Below are positions 16,033 through 23,783 of a stretch of DNA of 34,689 nt, one piece after another. A model generated the notes under the pieces. It did no database searches. It had not been told where the DNA came from and saw only the letters and a list, made by a program, of their open reading frames with translations. Source of the DNA: Armatimonadota bacterium. Its GTDB lineage: Bacteria > Armatimonadota > Zipacnadia > Zipacnadales > UBA5352. The DNA is taken from NCBI GenBank assembly GCA_034722055.1, contig JAYENL010000150.1, positions 1 through 34,689 on the forward strand. The letters run 5' to 3'. The position numbers and the translations under genes are program-made. Numbering within the stretch: the first letter of the stretch is position 1; each line of letters opens with the position of its first letter.

Positions 16033-18393
16033 ATGACCATCGCGCGCGTCACGCTGATTGCCGCGGCGACTCTGTGCCTTGTGGGTGTGAGCGGCGCCAT
16101 GACCCTGACGAGAGACGGCCGGCCCGTCGCGAGGATCGTCCTCCCCGATGACGCCACCGCCACGGAGCAGTTCGCGGCCGAGGAGCTGCGCGACTACCTG
16201 GAGGCGATCTCGGGCGCGCAGCTTGCGATCGGCTCCGAGGGCGACGGCGCGGAGGGTCCGCGGCTGCTGGTGGGGCGGACCGACGCCGCCTCGGCGGGCC
16301 TCGCGGAGCTTGGCGATGACGAGCCCGAGGCCTTCGCGGTGCGCACGGACGGCGACGCCCTCATCCTGGCCGGCGCGAGCGACCGCGGGACCCTCTACGC
16401 AGTCTACGACTTCCTGGAGCAGGAGCTGGGCTGCCGCTGGCTGGGGCCGGGGCCGGACTGGGAGGAGATCCCCAGGCGGGCCACGATCGAGGTCGGCGAG
16501 ATCGACCGCGTGGAGCGGCCGGCCATGAAGTACCGCTTCCTGCGCATGACCGTCCCCGCCGAGCGCGGCGAGTTCTACGCGCAGTGCCTGAGCTGGGCGG
16601 TCAAGAGCCGGATCAACATCGGCGCCGGCTGGCCGCAGAGGGAGCTGCCGGAGTCCTTCGCCAGGCGCGGCGGCTTCCGGGCCTGGATGAACCCCCACGT
16701 GCTGCACAACATCCTCGACCCCGAGGAGCACTTCGACGAGCATCCGGAGTGGTACGCTCTGCGCGGCGGCCGGCGGCAGAGGGCCAGCCGCGGCGGCTTC
16801 CAGCAGGTCTGCACCACCAACCCGGAAGTTGTGGAGGGCATGGCGCAGGGCCTGGGCGAGATGTTCGACGCGCGCGCCGACGTGGACTTCATGGGGCTGG
16901 GCCAGGGTGATGGCACCGCGTTCTGCCAGTGCGAGCAGTGCCTGGCCCTCGACAGCGGGGAGATCTGGCCCGGCTCCAGCGGGACCGGGGAGCGGGGGCT
17001 GCCCGTCATCACCGAGCGCTGGCTGGGCTTTGTGAACGCGGTGGCCCGGAGGCTGCAGAGCACACATCCGGGCAAGAAGGTCTACACCCTCGCCTACCAT
17101 CAGACCTTCCGGCCGCCCGACCCGGAGGTCATGCGGCCTGAGCCGAACGTGATGGTGCAGGTGGTGAACTCCCGGCCCAACTACGTGTGCTTCGTGCATC
17201 GCTTTGAGGCCGAGGACTGCCCGCACCACCAGAAGTTCCGGGAGGGAATCGAGAGGTGGGTGGAGGTCACGCCCGGCGGCGTGATGGTCTACGAGTACAA
17301 TCCGCACTCCACCTTCTGCTCCATGCCCTACCCGGCTGCCTACAAGTTCGCGGATGACATCAGCTACCTGCATCGCATCGGCGTGGTGGGCTACGAGGGC
17401 CAGTCCAGCCCCAACATCTGGGGCACCTACGGGATCAACCACTACGTCATCGCCAAGGCCACCTGGAGGGGGAGCGTGGACGGAGACGAGCTGGTGCGGG
17501 ACTACTGCGACCACGCCTTCGGGGCCGCCTCCGAGCCCATGCAGCGCTTCTACGAGGCCGCCGACCGGGCGCTGGTGGCGGCCGAGCACATCACCAGGGG
17601 CGTCTGGAGCTGGATGACGCCCGAGGCCATGGCCGAGTGCCGCCGCCACCTGGATGCCGCCCACGCCGCGGCCGTCCGCGACGTGGTGAGGAGGCGACTG
17701 CGGGAGATCGAGGTCGGCTTTCACTACGGAGAGCTGGGCGCGGAGGCCTATCGGACGGCGGAGCGCGCGGAGCGAGAGAACGACGCCGAGCTGATGGCGC
17801 GGGCCGTCGAGACCGCGGAGGCCGCGGCGCAGTACCTGGCCGATGAGGACGAGAAGCAGCCCCACCACGCGGCCGTGGTGGGCAAGCTCAGCCGCGTGTG
17901 GCTGAGGCGCTGGCGGCGGGAGCTGGAGCGAATGCGCGCCCAGGCCCTGCCGGATGCGGGCGAGACCCTCCGCACCCTTCCCGAGACCTGGCGGTTCGCG
18001 CTTGACTCGGAGGAGGTCGGCGTGGACCAGGGCTGGTTCGCGGCGGACTTCGACGACAGCGACTGGGCAGAGATCAGCGTCACCACGCACTGGGAGGACC
18101 AGGGGTACGAGGGTTACGACGGCTACGCGTGGTACCGCCTGCCGGTGACCTTCACCGCCGAGGAGCTGTCACAGCCCCTGCTGCTGGCCTTCGAGGGCGT
18201 GGACGCCGAGGCTTGGGTCTACGTGGGCGGGGAGATGATCGGGCACCACGTGGGCTGGGATGTCCCCTTCGCGCTGGAGCTGCCGGTGGACTCGCTGGTG
18301 GCCGGCGAGCAGACGATCATCGCGGTGCGGGTCTTTGACACATCGAACAAGGGCGGGATGTACGGGCCGGTCTCGCTGGCCCGCCCCAAGTGA
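16033..18393 (+). CDS. Secreted DUF4838-like protein with GH20/GH67-like N-domain and C-terminal galactose-binding-like (GH2 sugar-binding) domain
   Basis: Signal peptide; AAEELRDYLEAISG, GTLYAVYDFLE-LGCRW, HPEWYAL, CTTNPEV, CQCEQC, TLAYH; C-terminal WRFALD...YDGYAWYR...FEGVD...AVRV. Confidence 0.78.
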   Translation: MTIARVTLIAAATLCLVGVSGAMTLTRDGRPVARIVLPDDATATEQFAAEELRDYLEAISGAQLAIGSEGDGAEGPRLLVGRTDAASAGLAELGDDEPEAFAVRTDGDALILAGASDRGTLYAVYDFLEQELGCRWLGPGPDWEEIPRRATIEVGEIDRVERPAMKYRFLRMTVPAERGEFYAQCLSWAVKSRINIGAGWPQRELPESFARRGGFRAWMNPHVLHNILDPEEHFDEHPEWYALRGGRRQRASRGGFQQVCTTNPEVVEGMAQGLGEMFDARADVDFMGLGQGDGTAFCQCEQCLALDSGEIWPGSSGTGERGLPVITERWLGFVNAVARRLQSTHPGKKVYTLAYHQTFRPPDPEVMRPEPNVMVQVVNSRPNYVCFVHRFEAEDCPHHQKFREGIERWVEVTPGGVMVYEYNPHSTFCSMPYPAAYKFADDISYLHRIGVVGYEGQSSPNIWGTYGINHYVIAKATWRGSVDGDELVRDYCDHAFGAASEPMQRFYEAADRALVAAEHITRGVWSWMTPEAMAECRRHLDAAHAAAVRDVVRRRLREIEVGFHYGELGAEAYRTAERAERENDAELMARAVETAEAAAQYLADEDEKQPHHAAVVGKLSRVWLRRWRRELERMRAQALPDAGETLRTLPETWRFALDSEEVGVDQGWFAADFDDSDWAEISVTTHWEDQGYEGYDGYAWYRLPVTFTAEELSQPLLLAFEGVDAEAWVYVGGEMIGHHVGWDVPFALELPVDSLVAGEQTIIAVRVFDTSNKGGMYGPVSLARPK

Positions 18394-18454
18394 CGTGCCG
18401 CAAACGCAGAGAAGGGAGCGCGGCCCCCACCGGCGCCGTTCTCGCGTGATTCGC

Positions 18455-19255
18455 ATGGTTGAGATCATCGACGCACACACGCACATCTTCCCCGACCGCG
18501 TGGCCGACCGGGCCGTGGCGCACCTCGGCGAGCTCTACGCCGCCGAGCCTGTGCGCCGGCCTGTCCTCGATGAGCTGATCGCCGAGATGGACGAGGCCGG
18601 GGTCGGCAGGTCCGTCCTTGCGCCGGTCTCCACCAGGCCGGACCAGGTGCCGTCGATCAATGACTTCATGGCAGGGCTGGTGGAGCATCCGCGGGTGATC
18701 CCCTTTGGCACGCTGCATCCGGACCGCGAGGACGTGGGTGGCGAGATCGACCGCCTGGTGGATGCCGGCGTCCGGGGGGTGAAGCTGCAGCCGTACTTCC
18801 AGGGCTTTGACTTCGCGGAGCCTGGCGCGCGGCGGATGTTCGAGCTCATTGGCGACCGGCTGGTGGTGCTGATGCACGGCGGGCAGGAGATCGTGCCCAT
18901 CGAGAATGTGATCCCGAACCCCGAGGCGCTGGCGAGGCTGGTGGCGGACTTCCCGCGCCTGCGGATGATCGTGGCGCACCTGGGGAGCTACGAGATGTGG
19001 GATGAGGTGCAGCAGCACCTGGTGGGCCAGGACGTGCACTTCGACCTGTCCTACACCTTCAACCGGGCCCCCGATGAGCTGATCCGCGACATCTGCGCCG
19101 GGCACGGCTGGCACCGGATCATCTTCGGCAGCGACTTCCCGTGGCAGTCACAGACCGAGGCCCTTGACGGCCTCCGGCGGCTGAATCTGGACGACGCGAC
19201 CTTCGCCGCCGTGGCCTCGGGGAACCTGCTGCGGCTGCTGGGATGCGCCGCCTGA
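18455..19255 (+). CDS. Amidohydrolase family 2 (TIM-barrel metallohydrolase)
   Basis: IIDAHTH, FGTLHP, GVKLQP, MHGG, IVAHLG, IFGSDFPW. Confidence 0.88.
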   Translation: MVEIIDAHTHIFPDRVADRAVAHLGELYAAEPVRRPVLDELIAEMDEAGVGRSVLAPVSTRPDQVPSINDFMAGLVEHPRVIPFGTLHPDREDVGGEIDRLVDAGVRGVKLQPYFQGFDFAEPGARRMFELIGDRLVVLMHGGQEIVPIENVIPNPEALARLVADFPRLRMIVAHLGSYEMWDEVQQHLVGQDVHFDLSYTFNRAPDELIRDICAGHGWHRIIFGSDFPWQSQTEALDGLRRLNLDDATFAAVASGNLLRLLGCAA

Positions 19256-19353
19256 CCGCGGCGCTGGTTCACGCACACTTCGCCTGGGGGCGTCACTGCA
19301 GGGCCCAACCGACACAGCATGGCCGAGCGCTTCAACCCACCTGAGAGAGTAGC

Positions 19354-19635
19354 GTGATCCGCGTGGACTGGAAGCCTTTCCTGGTGGCGTTTGCGACCAT
19401 CTTCGTTGCTGAGCTTGGCGACAAGAGGCAGCTCGCAGCATGCTTCATCGCCGCTGAGCAGCAGTGTCCGTGGATGGTGCTGCTGGGAGCGAGTATCGCG
19501 CTCACCGTGGTCAGCGCCATCGGTGTGCTGGTGGGACACTTCGCCGGCGCGTGCCTGCCCCGCGACCCCATCCGCTACGTGGCGGCGGGGCTGTTCGTCA
19601 TTATCGGCGTGCTCATTGCCCTGAACGTGATCTGA
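19354..19635 (+). CDS. Half-size TMEM165/GDT1 (UPF0016) family Mn2+/Ca2+ transporter subunit
   Basis: Three TM helices and motif IFVAELGDKRQLA (family motif ExGD[KR][TS]); alternative GTG start at 19363. Confidence 0.85.
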   Translation: MIRVDWKPFLVAFATIFVAELGDKRQLAACFIAAEQQCPWMVLLGASIALTVVSAIGVLVGHFAGACLPRDPIRYVAAGLFVIIGVLIALNVI

Positions 19636-19704
19636 ATGCGGTCAGCGGCACTCTCGTACCTGCCCCCGCTGCGCCAACGTCCGCTGGGAGGGCGATTGCT
19701 GCTC

Positions 19705-20016
19705 TCAGTCCAGGTGATCCTCGATGAAGCCTATTAACTGGTCGGGGCTCTGGGAGCCGACCACTCGTCCACGCTCCTGACCGGCCTGAAAGAGGATGAA
19801 GGTTGGCACCCCCAGGATGTGATACCGGGCTCGCAATCGAGGATTGCGATTGACGTTGACCTGAAAGACCTCCAGATCAAAGCCACTGTCTTCCAGCTTC
19901 CTCAGCGTCGGCTCCATCTGCTTGCAGGGGATGCACCATGAGCCCCAGAAGTCGACCAGCACTGGCTTGTCTGCCTGAAGCACCTCTTGATCGAAGTTTC
20001 TGGCGGATATCTCCAT
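19705..20016 (-). CDS. Thioredoxin
   Basis: NFDQEVLQADKPVLVDFWGSWCIPCK and cis-Pro loop GVPTF; alternative GTG start at 20061 overlapping the upstream stop. Confidence 0.92.
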   Translation of the reverse strand: MEISARNFDQEVLQADKPVLVDFWGSWCIPCKQMEPTLRKLEDSGFDLEVFQVNVNRNPRLRARYHILGVPTFILFQAGQERGRVVGSQSPDQLIGFIEDHLD

Positions 20017-20057
20017 TGGTATGTGCCCTCGTGTGTTCAGCGGTTTGGGGACGATGC

Positions 20058-21617
20058 TCACTGCGCCGAGAGGCGCATCGTCGGTTGGGCTTCGCCAGTG
20101 ACCAGCCTTCCTTGATACCCCTCTTGCTCCCTGGTACCCGGCTCATAGACCTCCAGCACCTCGGAGTCGCGCTTCTCTCCTGACCAGCGGGTCTTTGGCA
20201 TGACGGTGTGCTTCTTCATTTCGATTCGAGACTGAATCTCGGGCCGGGTGAGGAGCTTGAGCATCTCCGTGACCTCCTCTTCCAGTGTGATCTTTGGCCG
20301 GAAGCCGAAGGCGTTGGGCAGCTTCTGAGAGACGACCTCAAGGGGGTGCTGCTCGGCCTCCACGCGAGGGTTCTCGAGGCGCTGGATTTCCACGTTGAGG
20401 CCGAAGTCCTTTCCGACTTCGGCGACCACTTCGGCCAGGTCAGCGATCTTGTGCAGCCCGGAGACCTGGTTGACAACATCGTATTGCCCCGGCTCGGGCG
20501 GCGACACCAGGAGCCGCGTCATGCACTCCATCGCATCGGCGAGGGCGATGAAGCCCCGGATCTGCTCACCCTTGCCATAGATCGTGAGCGGGATGCCCAG
20601 GACGGCCTGCGCGACGAACCGGTTGATGACAGTGCCGAACCACTCGTCGATGTCGAGGCGAGTGCGAAGCCGGTAGTCCTTGCACACCTCCGGGGTGTGC
20701 ACCCCGTAGATGATCCCCTGCATGATGTCATAGGAGCGAAGCCACCAGTACTTGCAGGCCTCGTAAATATTGAAGGTGTCTTGGACCTTGGAGCAGTGAT
20801 AGAAGCTGACCGGATCGCGGGGGGTGATCTCGCCGCCCATACTCCACTCACGTTCATCCCATTGTAGCACTGCGTCGCTGGAAAACATCCCCTCAAAGAG
20901 GGGCCGCCCGGTCAGCGGTGCGCCGTACTCCCCCATGGTGCCAAGCTTGATAAGAGCGCTCTCTGGAACGACATCCTTCATCACCCACAACAGGCCCAGC
21001 GTGCCCAGAGTGTTGTTGTTTTGCGTCTCGATGGCGTGCTCGGCATCAACCATTGAGTAGGGAGCGCTGGGGATTTCGGCGTAGTGGACGATCGCCTCGG
21101 GGCGGACCTCTTGCATGAACTCATTGAGCTTGTCCATGTCCCGAATGTCCATCCGTCGGAAGTTGATGGTCAGCCCCAGGACTTCCTGAGCCGCTTCCAG
21201 GCGCTGGGTCATTCGAGCAATCGGCACGACGGTGTGGGCGCCCTTCTCCATGACACAATCGCGCCGGGTATAGTTGTCAATCCCGCTGACCTGACAGCCG
21301 AGCCGCGCCAGCTTCAGCGCCAGCGTCCAGCCCAAGTAGCCGTCGATCCCCAGGATCATCACTCTCATGTTCTTGAGCATGTACCCGTAATCGGTCGGCT
21401 CCCATTCCGGGCATTGCTCGAAGGTGATAGAGGGGTCGAAGGTGCCCAGTTCCGGGCGCCGGCGGCACTCTATGAGTATCTGGCCGTCGTGCTCCTCCTC
21501 GGGTCTCTCCCGCGACTGGCCACAGGCGGTGAAATCAATGCTCCCGACGATGTCGGCTGCCGGGCAGTTCCAGCACGTCTTGTTGGCATTATGCAGGTGC
21601 TTGCCGTGGCCGCTCAT
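20058..21617 (-). CDS. sqdB: UDP-sulfoquinovose synthase (SqdB/SQD1/Agl3)-like extended SDR with an additional Cys-rich N-terminal domain
   Basis: GIDGYLGW NAD motif, SAPYSM, KLGTMGEYG, YHCSK, QGIIYG, FGTVINRF, PLTIYGKGEQIRGF, NPRVE; AGGAG RBS before the ATG at 21617. Confidence 0.82.
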   Translation of the reverse strand: MSGHGKHLHNANKTCWNCPAADIVGSIDFTACGQSRERPEEEHDGQILIECRRRPELGTFDPSITFEQCPEWEPTDYGYMLKNMRVMILGIDGYLGWTLALKLARLGCQVSGIDNYTRRDCVMEKGAHTVVPIARMTQRLEAAQEVLGLTINFRRMDIRDMDKLNEFMQEVRPEAIVHYAEIPSAPYSMVDAEHAIETQNNNTLGTLGLLWVMKDVVPESALIKLGTMGEYGAPLTGRPLFEGMFSSDAVLQWDEREWSMGGEITPRDPVSFYHCSKVQDTFNIYEACKYWWLRSYDIMQGIIYGVHTPEVCKDYRLRTRLDIDEWFGTVINRFVAQAVLGIPLTIYGKGEQIRGFIALADAMECMTRLLVSPPEPGQYDVVNQVSGLHKIADLAEVVAEVGKDFGLNVEIQRLENPRVEAEQHPLEVVSQKLPNAFGFRPKITLEEEVTEMLKLLTRPEIQSRIEMKKHTVMPKTRWSGEKRDSEVLEVYEPGTREQEGYQGRLVTGEAQPTMRLSAQ

Positions 21618-21630
21618 TGCTCATCTCCTG

Positions 21631-22887
21631 TCAATCCCTGATGATCGAGACGACATCCTCAACGGTCGGAGTCTCGGGCACGATCTCGTCGGCTCGGGGA
21701 TCTCTGACCATTAGGAACGCCTGGTCATTGTGCATCCCCGGCAGTCTGCTCGGCTGATGGAGATCAGCAGTCAGTCGTCCGACCAGCCTGAATGAGGGAT
21801 TGGGTACAGCCACAAGGTGGGGCGCCTTGTGCAGATTATCTCCGTAGTAGATCTCCTCGCGGCGGTGGACCTGCCTGATCGCCTTCCCGCCGTTGACCTG
21901 CAACTGCGCGAGGAACTCGGTCAAGCGGTCAAGGAGCGCCTCCTGTTGGCTTGCCTCAACCGAGCCCTTGGGGAAGCGCTCTCTCTCGTTCACGTAGACA
22001 CGGCCGTTCTCCAGAGCAAACGCGGCTGACCCTTCCTGGATGCGGTTATACTTCCTGGCCTCCCCCTGGTCGAGCTTCAAGAAGCCTCCGTCCATCAGGC
22101 AGGCGTTCAAGTTCACCTCGTGGACCGAGCCTTCCATGCCATGATCGGAGAGGACCAGAAGCCTATCCTCCGGGTTCAGCCGTTCCGCAATGCGCTCGAT
22201 GGTCTGATCGACCCGCCGGAAGTACTCCAGGAACTTGTCGTGGCTCGGGTGATCCTGATCTTGCCAATGATGCCAGCCGAAGTGGCCGATGCGGTCGCTA
22301 CCGGTGACTACCAACATGAAGACCGCAGGGTGATATTCCTCCCAGAGGTAGTCCGCCAACTCCTCTCGTTTCGCATGTGTTTCGTAGAGCTGCTTATACA
22401 GCACCAGCTCCGACTGCTTGGCCTTCTCGACGTCCAGATCAACTCTGTAGCCCAGAGTCTCCAGGGTCTCCAGCTCGCTGCTGGGATAGACTGCCTTTTC
22501 CAGGCGTGGTGAGACGAAACCCGAGATATGGCAGCCTTGCAGTGGTTGCGCTGGATAGGTGGAGGGGACATTGATGATAACGCAGTTACCTGTCTCGTGG
22601 TGCCAGAAGGGCGGCCGCTTCAGGTCCAGGAAGTTGGGGTAGCGGATGCTATAGGTGCCCGGCACCATGTCGGAGAAGCCATAGATACCATGCTCACCAG
22701 GATTGCGTCCGGTAACGATTGAGCTCCAGGACACCGAGGAGACTGCCGGGACGGACGAACGCATCGGCCGGAATACCCCGTCCCTCGCCAGCGAGCGCAG
22801 AAACGGGATCACTCCTTGATCGGCAAGCTCCTCCATCAGGGAGAAAGGAGCTCCATCAATTCCGATGATGACCTTACGCTTGCTCAT
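21631..22887 (-). CDS. Alkaline phosphatase superfamily protein (type I phosphodiesterase/nucleotide pyrophosphatase family)
   Basis: IIGIDGA, SSVPAVSSVSWSSIVTGRNPGEHGIYGF, NVPSTYP, DRIGH, LSDHGM, GMH; no signal peptide. Confidence 0.88.
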   Translation of the reverse strand: MSKRKVIIGIDGAPFSLMEELADQGVIPFLRSLARDGVFRPMRSSVPAVSSVSWSSIVTGRNPGEHGIYGFSDMVPGTYSIRYPNFLDLKRPPFWHHETGNCVIINVPSTYPAQPLQGCHISGFVSPRLEKAVYPSSELETLETLGYRVDLDVEKAKQSELVLYKQLYETHAKREELADYLWEEYHPAVFMLVVTGSDRIGHFGWHHWQDQDHPSHDKFLEYFRRVDQTIERIAERLNPEDRLLVLSDHGMEGSVHEVNLNACLMDGGFLKLDQGEARKYNRIQEGSAAFALENGRVYVNERERFPKGSVEASQQEALLDRLTEFLAQLQVNGGKAIRQVHRREEIYYGDNLHKAPHLVAVPNPSFRLVGRLTADLHQPSRLPGMHNDQAFLMVRDPRADEIVPETPTVEDVVSIIRD

Positions 22888-23275
22888 ACTGCTGTGCCAC
22901 CTATCGCATGATGCTGTGAGGCGCTGACTTTCAGTGTATCCTCGTCTATCCCGGTTGTTCGCGTCGGTCCGCAGGTGAGAGCGCGGCGCGCTGCGTTAAC
23001 GGGCGAGCTCGCCCTCATCGCGAGAACGCCGGCCAATGGTCCGGGCTGGAGCCTGCGGCACGGAGCCCTGATGCTGATACCACACGCGAAGCTCCCCTGG
23101 TGTTCGCCTCGTGATCATCCGGGCGACTGCGGCTATGCGTTGTGGTTCCCCGCACGCAACTATCCTCAGAGAGGGCCGGGGGGCCAGCTATCCATAGGTT
23201 TCCGCGCGTGCAGCAGCACATACCGCCAAGTCAGGAACCCTCATATAGGAGCCCCTCTGAGCGGAGGACTGACCA

Positions 23276-23342
23276 GGGCACGACGGACCGCGAAACACTT
23301 CGCTTCAGACCCTGGCAGAGGCTCCTGCCATTCCTCGTGCCC
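23276..23342 (-). ncRNA. Putative structured RNA element (three-way junction), family unassigned
   Basis: Minus strand: GGGCACGA/UCGUGCCC outer stem, UGGCAG/CUGCCA hairpin, and GGGUC-UGAA-GCGAA/UUCGC-GGUCC arm whose G-U pairs favour this strand. Confidence 0.35.
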
Positions 23343-23388
23343 CACACGGAGTCCCCTCGCTGACGTCCCCCGCATCGGAGACACACGC

Positions 23389-23418
23389 ACACTATCATGT
23401 CCTCTAGCCAGCCGTCAA
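23389..23418 (-). promoter_or_regulatory. Candidate sigma70 promoter directed toward the phosphodiesterase-sqdB-trx operon
   Basis: Minus strand: TTGACG (23418-23413), 18-nt spacer, extended -10 TG-A-TAGTGT (hexamer 23394-23389). Confidence 0.5.
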
Positions 23419-23783
23419 GACCGTCAGCATGCGGGGCAGCGTTGGGCCCTCCCGCCGGCACTACTGGTGCTCAATCCAACGACCAGCTCCGACATACGCT
23501 GCGACGAGTATTCGCCATGTGCCACGCCTGTCCTTCCCTGCGACGTGTGCCTGTGAAGAGAAACGCTAGCGCTGGTAGGAGCCGATCACGTTCACAGGCG
23601 CGTCGGGCCCGCCCCGAGTGACCAGCACCGGCGGTCTCACTCACGCCTCCGTGAGGGTGAGCCTCAGGCGCGGTCGCTGGACGCGGCCCGGATGCGGCAG
23701 GGGCAGGAGGTCGGCACCTATCGACCGCAGAAGACTGTGACGCGCAGGGATTCGTGGAGTGGAGTCTGGGATGGAGAGGCATC

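Noticed and set aside
19256..19353. yybP-ykoY Mn riboswitch upstream of the GDT1 gene
   Set aside because: Only a GAGUAG-like fragment directly at the start codon; there is no room or stems for the aptamer.
23015..23221. 68-aa minus-strand ORF starting MCCC as a Cys-sensing leader peptide for the sqdB operon
   Set aside because: Long for an attenuator peptide, with no clear RBS and no terminator/antiterminator pair seen.
23216..23227. ops-like sequence GGCGGTATGTGC on the minus strand
   Set aside because: Only the first 7 positions match the RfaH ops consensus, and no NusG paralogue is in the window.
23276..23342. Hammerhead ribozyme or c-di-GMP-I riboswitch identity for the three-way junction
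   Set aside because: Lacks the CUGAnGA/GAAA core arrangement and the GEMM GCAAA/GNRA-receptor pattern.
22975..23556. 193-aa + strand ORF in the intergenic region
   Set aside because: Atypical composition, no RBS and no recognisable domain; likely spurious.
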